Below, piece after piece: positions 9,062 through 17,530 of a stretch of 64,000 bases of DNA. Where the stretch lies: contig OZ245046.1 of assembly GCA_965224245.1 (NCBI GenBank), positions 448,001 to 512,000 on the forward strand, read 5' to 3'. Origin of the DNA: Candidatus Eiseniibacteriota bacterium. Lineage in GTDB: Bacteria > Eisenbacteria > RBG-16-71-46 > CAZAMP01. How positions within the stretch are numbered: the first letter of the stretch is position 1; every line of letters begins with the position of its first letter. The notes beneath the pieces are model-generated. The model ran no database searches. It had not been told where the DNA came from and saw only the letters and a list, made by a program, of their open reading frames with translations. The translations under genes were made by a program, and so were the position numbers.

Positions 9062-10138
9062 TCAGCCCGCGAGGCCGGCGATGCGCGGCGGCGGCGGGGT
9101 GAAGTCGATCAGGGCGTCGCCCTCATCCTTGTTGTGACACTTGTTGCACAGCGAGCGCTGATAGACCGAGTACGGGTTCGGGATCTTGTAGGAGCCCGAC
9201 TCGTGCCCGTCTTCTTCGAGACCGGTCACGTTGAAATCCCAGCGACCCGCGTTGGGCGCCGAGGTTGCATGTGCCCGGTGGCACGTGATGCACGAGACCT
9301 GACTGCCGGCGGACGGCCCTGCGGTCGATCCGACGGCGGCGGTGGCGTCTTCGAACGGGACCGCGGCGAGATACGCCGTGGCCTGAACGCCCCCGAGCTG
9401 GTCGTCGGTGCCGTTGTACAGGTTGTACGTGCTGGCGATGGTCCCACCAACCGGTTCACCCGCGGGGTGAATGAGCTCGGCGCTCTGGTGGTAGTCGCCG
9501 TGGCAGTTCGCGCACCAGCCGCTCATACCGCCCCTGTAGGCCGTATGATTGCTGTTCGACTCGCCGGCCCCGAAGAGGCTGAGCCCATCGGCGTCGGGAG
9601 CCGCCATCGTGAACGTGTACAGCCCGTCCTGGACGGACCCCGGACCGTAGAGCAGCCGGAAGTTCGCGTTGCCGTGAGGATCATGGCAGCTCGAGCATCC
9701 GAGCTCGCTCGACGGGAAGGTCCCGCCGGGCGCCATGCCCAGGACCGGATCGGCCCCGACGCCCTTGGACGGCGCGACCACGCTGTGTCCGGCCGCATGG
9801 CCGAGGATCGGCTCGCTGGCGCCGCCGTGACCGTCGTTGATGTTGTCTTCGAGGAGGAACGTGAAGTTGCCGGCGCCCCGCTCTGTCGCGGGAGCCAGCG
9901 GGTCGTCCACGAAGACCGCACCGAGGCCGTTTGCGTGACAGCCCAGACAGACGTCACTGGGAGTGGCGGCCTTGAGAAGCCAAGCGTGTGGCCCCGCAGG
10001 GTCTACCGGAGCTCCGTCTTCGCTGTTGTGCATCGTGTGGCAGCCGTTGCAGTGAGCCACACCTTCATCGTGGAAGGCGAGCACAGGCGACGCGCACACG
10101 ACGCTCACGCCGAGTGCGACGAGAACAGCCCTGCGCAT
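9062..10138 (-). CDS. omcS: OmcS-family hexaheme cytochrome c (nanowire subunit homologue), 358 aa precursor
   Basis: Six CXXCH. Mature N-terminus FHDEGVAHCNGCHTMHNS matches recalled OmcS FHSGGVAECEGCHTMHNS. Also APGGTFP..LGCSSCHDPHG, GMSGWCANCH, HPAG, AYLAAVPFE, CITCHRAHA, YQRSLCNKCH.KD. RBS GGAGG. Confidence 0.9.
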   Translation of the reverse strand: MRRAVLVALGVSVVCASPVLAFHDEGVAHCNGCHTMHNSEDGAPVDPAGPHAWLLKAATPSDVCLGCHANGLGAVFVDDPLAPATERGAGNFTFLLEDNINDGHGGASEPILGHAAGHSVVAPSKGVGADPVLGMAPGGTFPSSELGCSSCHDPHGNANFRLLYGPGSVQDGLYTFTMAAPDADGLSLFGAGESNSNHTAYRGGMSGWCANCHGDYHQSAELIHPAGEPVGGTIASTYNLYNGTDDQLGGVQATAYLAAVPFEDATAAVGSTAGPSAGSQVSCITCHRAHATSAPNAGRWDFNVTGLEEDGHESGSYKIPNPYSVYQRSLCNKCHNKDEGDALIDFTPPPPRIAGLAG

Positions 10139-10232
10139 CTTTCCACCTCCGCATTGAGATACTGAAGAACGAACGGGCGATCGCGTTCGCGACCGTCCTG
10201 GGATCACCGAGTCTCGATCATTCGCTACCCTC

Positions 10233-11324
10233 CTACCCGTGCGGCTCGGCTGGACCGAGCGGGGTGATGGTCGTCGTGTGGCTTTCCGGGCCACTGTTCT
10301 CCGGGTGAAGATCGGTCCTGACGAAATCGGGGAGACGGCAGATCTCGACCTTGCTTCGGAACACCTGGCCGACGTAGACGCGGCCCCGACCGTCGGCACC
10401 CAGGAGGCTCGGGTAGTAATACCAGCCGGGGCTGATCCCCCGTCCGCCGAACTCACCGCGAAACCGGCCACCGCGGTCGAAGCAGACGACGGTGAACCGG
10501 TTGCGGTCGAGGACGAGCACGAGATCGCCCCCGGTGACGGTCACATCGACCGGGAAGTTGAGCGAGCCGATCTCGGTACCCTTGGAGCCGACGCTGCGCC
10601 GGAACGTGCCGTCGCGCTCGTAGACGAACACGGTGCCGAGGGACGCCGCCGGCAGCCAGACGAGGTCGTCGTGCACCGAGAGCGAGCCGAGGACGGCCTT
10701 GCGGTCGACGACGTCGCCGGTCGCGTCCCGAACCGGGAAGTCGTCCACGAGACGACCGGATGGCTCGTGCTGCGAGATGCGCGGACCGCTCCGGTCGAGG
10801 ACGAAGAGATGCACACCGTCGTGCGCGATGCTCGCGGGCACGATCGGCTCGGCGCCGGGCTCGAGGACGACCTCGTCGATGAACGTCCCATCGAAGTCGA
10901 ACCGGAACACGCGCGGACCCGACTCCGTGGATCCGAGGACAAAAATGTAGCCCTCCACGTCGACGGCCACGTCGAGCGGAGCGGCGAAGCGGTCGCGACC
11001 GTCGAACTCGTACTTGTAGGTGCCGTCCACGTCGAAGATCGTGATCCGGTTGCGACCCGCATCGGCTACGAACACCTCGTCGTGGGTGCGGTCCACGAAG
11101 AGCGCCGACGGACGGACGAAGAGATTCTCGACGCCCGGCGGGTCCAGGCGGTCGATCAGCTCCGCGGGCCGGGACCGGGTATCTGCAAGGGTCGACCCCG
11201 CCGCCGAGCAGACGAGTCCGCCGGCGAGAAGGACGAGGACGGCACTCCGTTCCGGTCGCCGGTGGGAGGCGATCGGAAGCCGGGCCTCGGCGTTGTGAGT
11301 CGATCCGGTGTTAGGCACGGGCAA
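10233..11324 (-). CDS. NHL-repeat beta-propeller protein (OscD/GSU2505-like); start uncertain
   Basis: NHL repeats (FVRPSALFVD..EVFVADAGRNRITIFD; FAAPLDVAVD; LNFPVDVTV; YYPSLL) and an N-terminal hydrophobic segment. Confidence 0.85.
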   Translation of the reverse strand: MPVPNTGSTHNAEARLPIASHRRPERSAVLVLLAGGLVCSAAGSTLADTRSRPAELIDRLDPPGVENLFVRPSALFVDRTHDEVFVADAGRNRITIFDVDGTYKYEFDGRDRFAAPLDVAVDVEGYIFVLGSTESGPRVFRFDFDGTFIDEVVLEPGAEPIVPASIAHDGVHLFVLDRSGPRISQHEPSGRLVDDFPVRDATGDVVDRKAVLGSLSVHDDLVWLPAASLGTVFVYERDGTFRRSVGSKGTEIGSLNFPVDVTVTGGDLVLVLDRNRFTVVCFDRGGRFRGEFGGRGISPGWYYYPSLLGADGRGRVYVGQVFRSKVEICRLPDFVRTDLHPENSGPESHTTTITPLGPAEPHG

Positions 11325-11705
11325 AACCTCGCGAAGACAGCCAGACAGGTTAACGACTGCCGTTCGCTACCGACCATCGTGGTTTCCCCGTATGCGCGTT
11401 CGAAACGGCGCGCTCGGCCCACGGAAGTGAATGGTGTTCGAGGTCCGGTCCAGCGGGCGGAGGGCAGCTGGAGCCGGGGTTGCAGGACAGGCGAACGGTC
11501 CCGCCGGGTCGCCCGAACTTCCGACGGCGTGACGTATCGCGGAACGACACTAAAGTCGCTCGGCCGCGGCGTGCGGGTCGCCGGAGGGGCGAGGATCGAG
11601 GCCGGCGCGGTGGTCTGCCGCCGTCGCCCGGCGCCGGCGTTCCAGGCCGCCTGGATCGCCTGCCCGAGCCGCGGGCCCGATGTCGGACACGAGCGAAATC
11701 GGAGA

Positions 11706-11740
11706 CAAAAAGAGAGGACGCCGGGTCACGGCGTCCTCTC
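11706..11740 (-). terminator. Intrinsic terminator after the 11765-12691 gene
   Basis: 12-bp stem GAGAGGACGCCG/CGGCGTCCTCTC followed by TTTTT on the minus strand. Confidence 0.85.
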
Positions 11741-11764
11741 GTCGTTTCGGTCGGCTGGCCGGCG

Positions 11765-12691
11765 TCAGCGATACAGCGACTTGATCCGGCTCCAGCTTCG
11801 GTCGAGCGTCGGCGTCGACGAGTCGCAGTCGTACGGTCCGCTGAGACCGTTGTTGAACTCGTCGAAGATCTCGGTCAGCGCACTCGTCACGGCTGGCTCG
11901 AGGAACCCCGTGCCGATCGGGGGCACGACGAGGTCGCCGATCAGCGCGTCCGCTTCCGCGAGCGCGTCGAGGACCGAGGCCGCGTTCGCGCCGTTCTCGA
12001 TGTTCAGCCGCGTCGCGATGAGCTGGTGCGCGAGCGACACGAGACCGTTGCCCTCCACCGGCTGGTGCAAGATGTCGTTGAGCTCGGCCAGGTTGTAGAG
12101 GACGTTGCCGAGCATGATGACGTTGGTCGGCCAGTTCTCGAGGTGGTTCTTCCAGTAGCCCTGCGTGAACACGCACTCGTCGTCCGTGCCCACGGCGAGC
12201 GTCGCCTTGTACAAGGTGGGGCCCTTGGCGCTCGGATCCCACGCGCCGCCGCCGTTGGCGAAGATCGTGAAGACGTAGTCCGTGCCGTAGCCGAGCTCTC
12301 GCCAGTCGTTCGCGATCACGCCGGTCTCGTCGGCGATGTCACCCAGCTGAATGGTGATGGACTCACCGGGGGCCAGCAGGAACGTCTCCGGCTCGCCCGG
12401 AAACGCGTTCAGCGTCGGGCTTCCGTAGTAGTGCACGAGGTGCTGACTGATCGACTCCGGAGTCCACAGCTCGCCGTCGGAGAGGAAATCCGCTTCGGTG
12501 GCCCACAAGACGGTGAACCCATTCGGTGCACCGGTGGCTCCGGCGGTCACGAGAAACTCCGCGCGACCCTTGCCCGGCTCCACGAACCGCAACGTCGGGG
12601 TGTCCACCTCGATGGCGGAAGCCGTGCCGGCGAACAACGTGGCAGTCGAGGCAAGTCCGATGCAGAACGCGGCAGTGCGTCGGCGATGCAT
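11765..12691 (-). CDS. Secreted protein of unknown function with a CxxTQGYWKNH domain and C-terminal SWSRIKSLYR motif
   Basis: RBS GGAGG, signal ASA-I, motifs CVFTQGYWKNH and LAHQLIATRLN, terminal PTLDRSWSRIKSLYR. Confidence 0.85.
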   Translation of the reverse strand: MHRRRTAAFCIGLASTATLFAGTASAIEVDTPTLRFVEPGKGRAEFLVTAGATGAPNGFTVLWATEADFLSDGELWTPESISQHLVHYYGSPTLNAFPGEPETFLLAPGESITIQLGDIADETGVIANDWRELGYGTDYVFTIFANGGGAWDPSAKGPTLYKATLAVGTDDECVFTQGYWKNHLENWPTNVIMLGNVLYNLAELNDILHQPVEGNGLVSLAHQLIATRLNIENGANAASVLDALAEADALIGDLVVPPIGTGFLEPAVTSALTEIFDEFNNGLSGPYDCDSSTPTLDRSWSRIKSLYR

Positions 12692-12716
12692 TACTTTCCT
12701 CCGTTGCTATTTCAAC

Positions 12717-12752
12717 TGATCCAGGAACGCAATCATGATCCAGGAACGCAAT
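12717..12752. repeat. Tandem 17-bp direct repeat (period 19) upstream of the secreted-protein gene
   Basis: TGATCCAGGAACGCAAT at 12717-12733 and 12736-12752. TATACT on the minus strand at 12755-12760. Confidence 0.85.
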
Positions 12753-13070
12753 TCAGTATAGACCAGATGAGCCGCGCATGTGTGGATTTTCGTGCAAAGG
12801 CGCGACCGGCTCCGGGGCCCCGGCTGGAACGCATTCGTCAATCGAGATGCTTCCCGGCACGCCCGGGCTTGGTCGCGCTCCGGACACGAACTGCCGAGAC
12901 ATTGCGCCCGGCCTCGCGCGTGTAGGTGACGCTGTCGGACGCCGCGGAGACCAGGACGAGGCCGCGTCCGCCAGTTTGCGCGGTTTCTAGGGATTCAGTG
13001 GCTCGAGATACCCCGGCGATGGCGGCGGCCACGTCGAAGGGGGGCCAATCCGAGGCGGCGGTCCCTTGCG

Positions 13071-13200
13071 GCGAGGCACGAGCTCGTCTGGGACAGACGA
13101 GCGGCCATTGGCCGTGCCGTCCCTCGCGGCGTGTACGTCCTCGCGGTCACGTCCGGGACTGACGGGGTCGGCCGGATGCGAAGGTATCGCGCTCGACTGA
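13071..13200 (+). pseudogene. Isolated remnant of a FlgD-Ig/T9SS-like C-terminal domain
   Basis: Reads ARHELVWDRRAAIGRAVPRGVYVLAVT, resembling the WDGR...GR...GVY motif. No intact upstream gene. Confidence 0.5.
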
Positions 13201-13284
13201 CGTCACGTTGCCTGTTCGGTGCCGGGAGTTCGCTTCTCCGGGTGACGACGATCACCCGGAGACCCTCCCCCGAAAGGAGTTCCG

Positions 13285-13890
13285 ATGCTGACCCGAGCCC
13301 GTACCCTGACGGCCGCGATCCTGCTCGCGGCGGTCGCCTCCACCGCTTTCGCCCAGAACCGGGCCGGCGACGTGCACGTGTCCACGTTCGCCGGTCGCTT
13401 CGCTCCACGGAGAGCTCGACGGCTCACTGACGGCCGAGATCGATCCCGCCGTCGGCTACGGCGGCCAGCTCACCGTGTGGCTCACCCCGAACGTCGGGCT
13501 CGCCGGGTCGGCCTACTACGTCGAGACGACGTTGACCGCCGACCTCTTCGGCGAGACCGGCTCGATCGACACCTCGGTCTGGACCTCCGGCGGCCGGATC
13601 GTGCTCGGGCTCGGCAGTGCGGGGCCCCGGAGCCTCGTGAACCTGACCGCGGGGCTCGTGGCGAACTACACCGACTACGGGGACGTGATCGAGTCGTCGA
13701 CCCGCGCCGCCGGCGTCGTCGGGGCCGATCTGAACGTGCCGCTCGGTGCCAACCTCGGGCTGTGGCTCGGCGTGGACGACTACGTGCACGACGTCTGGTT
13801 CGAGCTCGACGGGGTCCGCACCGAGACGCAGCGGCAGCACGACGTGGTGTTCTTCGGGGGGGCACCTTCTACAGCGGACGGTGGCGCATC
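13285..13890 (+). pseudogene. Frameshifted small outer-membrane beta-barrel protein
   Basis: RBS AAAGGAG and signal AFA-Q in one frame. Barrel strands (GYGGQLTVWLTPNVGL...GVVGADLNVPL...QHDVVFFGG) continue in the +1 frame from ~13408. Second probable shift at the G7 run 13856-13862. Confidence 0.7.
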
Positions 13891-14223
13891 GACCGGAGCC
13901 GAGGGTGCGTTGCGGTCGTCGGAAGCGCGAAGCCGCACTGATGCGTGGACGTAGTCGGTGGATCGTGTTGAGCGCCGGGACGACGTTCATCTCACCGCTC
14001 CCGTTCCCACCGATCGACGAGGAGTTCGCCTACCGTCCGGAGATCGCCGGCGTCTCCGTGGGGTCTCCAGTCGATCCGCCCGGACCCTCTCCCGCACCAT
14101 GAGCAAGCGCGCCCGGGAACGGTAGTGGGTCAGACTCACTCCCCCGGGATTTGCCGTGCGGGCGCCGCCCGGCGATACACGCTGGAGACGGTGCCGACAA
14201 TGGGGCAGACTGGTTCCCACGCA

Positions 14224-14309
14224 GGAGGGATGGCCGAGCGGCTTAAGGCGGCGGTCTTGAAAACCGCTGTGCGAAAGCACCGTGGGTTCGAATCCCACTC
14301 CCTCCGCCA
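14224..14309 (+). tRNA. tRNA-Ser(TGA)
   Basis: Acceptor GGAGGGA/TCCCTCC, anticodon arm GCGGT-CT-TGA-AA-ACCGC, long variable arm, GTTCGAATC, CCA. Confidence 0.97.
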
Positions 14310-14391
14310 TTGCCTCCCGTCGGGTGTGGCCCCGTCGCAACCTTCTTGCCCTGCCCCCTCGATTGACGTAGGCTTCTCGCCCGGCAATCGG

Positions 14392-14481
14392 GGAGCGGTG
14401 ACCGAGCGGCTGAAGGTGGCACCCTGCTAAGGTGTTGTGCGGGAAACCGTACCGAGGGTTCGAATCCCTCCCGCTCCGCCA
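14392..14481 (+). tRNA. tRNA-Ser(GCT)
   Basis: Acceptor GGAGCGG/CCGCTCC, anticodon loop CT-GCT-AA, long variable arm, CCA. Confidence 0.97.
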
Positions 14482-14506
14482 TCACCCGGGCCGAGGGCAT
14501 TGGGAC

Positions 14507-14583
14507 GCGCCCATAGCTCAATTGGATAGAGCGTCTGGCTACGGACCAGAAGGTTGGGGGTTCAAGTCCTCCTGGGCGTACCA
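14507..14583 (+). tRNA. tRNA-Arg(ACG)
   Basis: GCGCCCA acceptor, TCTGG-CT-ACG-GA-CCAGA, GTTCAAGTC, CCA. Confidence 0.97.
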
Positions 14584-14631
14584 TCTCGAACATCATCGTC
14601 CGCGGCGCCGCGCGGTGCCGCCGGAGTCCGC

Positions 14632-14660
14632 GGCCCCGCCTCCAGGTCGGGGCCTTTTTT
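14632..14660 (+). terminator. Intrinsic terminator after tRNA-Arg
   Basis: GGCCCCG...CGGGGCC followed by T6. Confidence 0.8.
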
Positions 14661-14770
14661 GTGGTCACGTGCATGCCCGGCCGATCCAACGACGGCTGTC
14701 GATCGGTCGGACGTGGCCGAACCCGCGTGCGTCCCGGGACGCCGAGGACGCGCCGACCAATCGAGGCATC

Positions 14771-15439
<669 letters not shown>

Positions 15440-15450
15440 TCGCTCGGTGC

Positions 15451-15538
15451 GGAGAGGTGACCGAGCGGCTTAAGGTGCACGACTGGAAATCGTGTTGGCA
15501 GAAATGCCACGGGGGTTCGAATCCCCCTCTCTCCGCCA
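15451..15538 (+). tRNA. tRNA-Ser(GGA)
   Basis: GGAGAGG acceptor, CACGA-CT-GGA-AA-TCGTG, long variable arm, CCA. Confidence 0.96.
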
Positions 15539-15638
15539 TTTTCGCTCCGGCTCGTGATCCCGGCTCGTCACCCGACGATCCGTCCCCGCTCCATGGCGCG
15601 CGCCCCCGAGCCGGCGGTGCGATCGGCACGCCCGGTAC

Positions 15639-17162
15639 ATGACCGCCGCGTCTCCAGAGTCGACCGCCGGCCCGATCGAGCACCGGGCGTTTCTCGCCGG
15701 CATCGGCGTGTGGCTGATCCTGACGATCCTGCTCGCCGTGGGACAGCACCGGGTGCCGGGTCTCCTCGACGGCGACAGCTACTTTCACGTGGGCTACGTC
15801 GAGGTCTGGGGCCAACAGGGGCTGTCGCGTTCGTTCCCGTGGACGACCGTGAGCACGTGGTCCGATGCGTTCGCGGACAAGGACCTCCTGTTCCACGCGT
15901 TCCTGTGGCCGTTCGTGGCTCTCGTCGGGGAGACCGGGGCGAAGATCGCGACGACGCTCCTCGGAAGCGCGGTCCTGGGTCTTCTGGCCACGTTCGCGGC
16001 ACGACATCGACTCGCCGGTGCCACCGTGTGGTCGCTCCTCGTCCTCGGGGTGGGATGGCACGTGCTCCATCGGCTGATGCCGGTGCGCTCGCACGTGATG
16101 GCCATGCTGCTCCTGGTGATCTGGGTCGAGTGCTTGATCTCGAGCCGCTGGCGGTGGCTCGCGGTCGTGTCGTTCCTCCAGGCGTGGAACCACCAGTCCG
16201 CGCCCATCTACCCCGCGCTGGCGATCGCGTTCGCGCTCGGAGCGTGGGGGGGACGCGGGCGTCCCGATGCGCGCCCCGTCCTGGCCACGGCCGGGGGCGT
16301 CGTGCTCGGCTTCCTCGTCAACCCGTACGTGCCGAACGACATCCGGGCGTGGTGGCTCGGTGCGGCGGAGCTGATGCGCACGGTGCTCGGGGTGGGGACG
16401 GCGATGCCGCCGGGCATCTTCGGTCCCGAGCTGGGCGAGGTGGGCTCGCGCATGCTGCTCACGAACCACGTGACCCCGTTCGCCTGGATCGCACTCGTGG
16501 CGGTGGCGCTCGGGTTTCGAGGGGTGGCGCTCTCGGCCAGGGGGCGCGCGGCGACGCTCCTCGGGCTGAGCGCGCTCGTCCTGGGGCTCGTGACGTCGCG
16601 CTTTCTCCACGAGATCGCGATTCCGATCGCGTTCGTGTGGGGTGCCGTGGTCACCGACGAGCTGCTGCGCGCCCGGGGCGGGCTCGGCGCGATCGGGCGA
16701 CGTGCGTCGGGCGCCGCGGTGGTCGTGTCATGGCTCGTCGCGCTGCCGCCGGCGATCGCGGAGCTGCGGGACCTGCCGGACTACCGGTCGCAGGAGCGGT
16801 ACCGGTCCGGTGTCCGGGCGCTGGCGGATGCGCTCCCGGACGGCGCCGTCGTGTTCCACACCGACGCCGGTGCCTTCAATCCGCTGTTCCGGTTCGCGCC
16901 CGAGCAGCGCTACCTGTTCGCGCTGGATCCGATCTTCTTCTACGGAGCCGATCGCGCGCGCTTCGCACAGTGGCTGCGCTTCCGGGCCGGGCAGTCGCCC
17001 GATCCCGTCCGGATGATCGCCGACACGTTCGGCGCCGACGGGATCTTCCTGCGGCGCTCCCGGCCGGTCGACGAGCAGTTCATCGGATACCTGGAGCGAC
17101 ACCCGGCGGTCGAACGCGTGTACGACGACTCCGAGTGCGCCGCGTTTCGCGTCCGCCGCTGA
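15639..17162 (+). CDS. Polytopic membrane protein, probable GT-C-fold glycosyltransferase
   Basis: Acidic DGDSYFH motif after TM1, many TM segments, soluble C-terminal domain. Confidence 0.6.
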   Translation: MTAASPESTAGPIEHRAFLAGIGVWLILTILLAVGQHRVPGLLDGDSYFHVGYVEVWGQQGLSRSFPWTTVSTWSDAFADKDLLFHAFLWPFVALVGETGAKIATTLLGSAVLGLLATFAARHRLAGATVWSLLVLGVGWHVLHRLMPVRSHVMAMLLLVIWVECLISSRWRWLAVVSFLQAWNHQSAPIYPALAIAFALGAWGGRGRPDARPVLATAGGVVLGFLVNPYVPNDIRAWWLGAAELMRTVLGVGTAMPPGIFGPELGEVGSRMLLTNHVTPFAWIALVAVALGFRGVALSARGRAATLLGLSALVLGLVTSRFLHEIAIPIAFVWGAVVTDELLRARGGLGAIGRRASGAAVVVSWLVALPPAIAELRDLPDYRSQERYRSGVRALADALPDGAVVFHTDAGAFNPLFRFAPEQRYLFALDPIFFYGADRARFAQWLRFRAGQSPDPVRMIADTFGADGIFLRRSRPVDEQFIGYLERHPAVERVYDDSECAAFRVRR

Positions 17163-17290
17163 CGTCGGGCCGCCGGAACCCGCGTCGATGGCCGATTGCG
17201 CCGCCCCCCGCCGACGTGATAGAAATACCGGGCGCCGGTTCCGGGGCGGGGTTTTCCTCCATGCACCGGCGCCGTAAAACATTTGTGTGT

Positions 17291-17366
17291 GGGGATGTAG
17301 CTCAGTTGGGAGAGCGCCTCGTTCGCAACGAGGAGGTCGGCGGTTCGACCCCGCTCATCTCCACCA
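17291..17366 (+). tRNA. tRNA-Ala(CGC)
   Basis: GGGGATG/CATCTCC with G3:U70, CCTCG-TT-CGC-AA-CGAGG, CCA. Confidence 0.97.
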
Positions 17367-17375
17367 GTTCGCATT

Positions 17376-17471
17376 GGCCAGGTCCTGCGCAATCGCGGCC
17401 CACGAACCCCGTCAGGACCGGAAGGTAGCAGCGGTAAGTGGTTACCCGGTGTGCCGCAGGGTTGCCTGGCC
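17376..17471 (+). ncRNA. ffs: SRP RNA (small 4.5S type)
   Basis: Helix-8 motif TCAGGACCGGAAGGTAGCAGC, terminal GGCCAGG/CCTGGCC stem, usual position before dnaX. Confidence 0.93.
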
Positions 17472-17530
17472 TCTTTCTCTCGAGCCTCGACGTCGACTAG
17501 GCGCTCGCGCCGCCACCGGGGGGAGTCGCC

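Noticed and set aside
10139-11760. GEMM-I (c-di-GMP/cGAMP) riboswitch upstream of omcS or the cluster
   Set aside because: No GGYAAA...GAAA...GACGCAAAGC-like core visible in either intergenic region.
12717-12752. CRISPR array
   Set aside because: Only two 17-bp copies separated by 2 nt, with no spacers or cas genes.
15539-17290. Integrative element between tRNA-Ser(GGA) and tRNA-Ala
   Set aside because: No integrase and no duplicated tRNA 3' end; only one membrane-protein gene.
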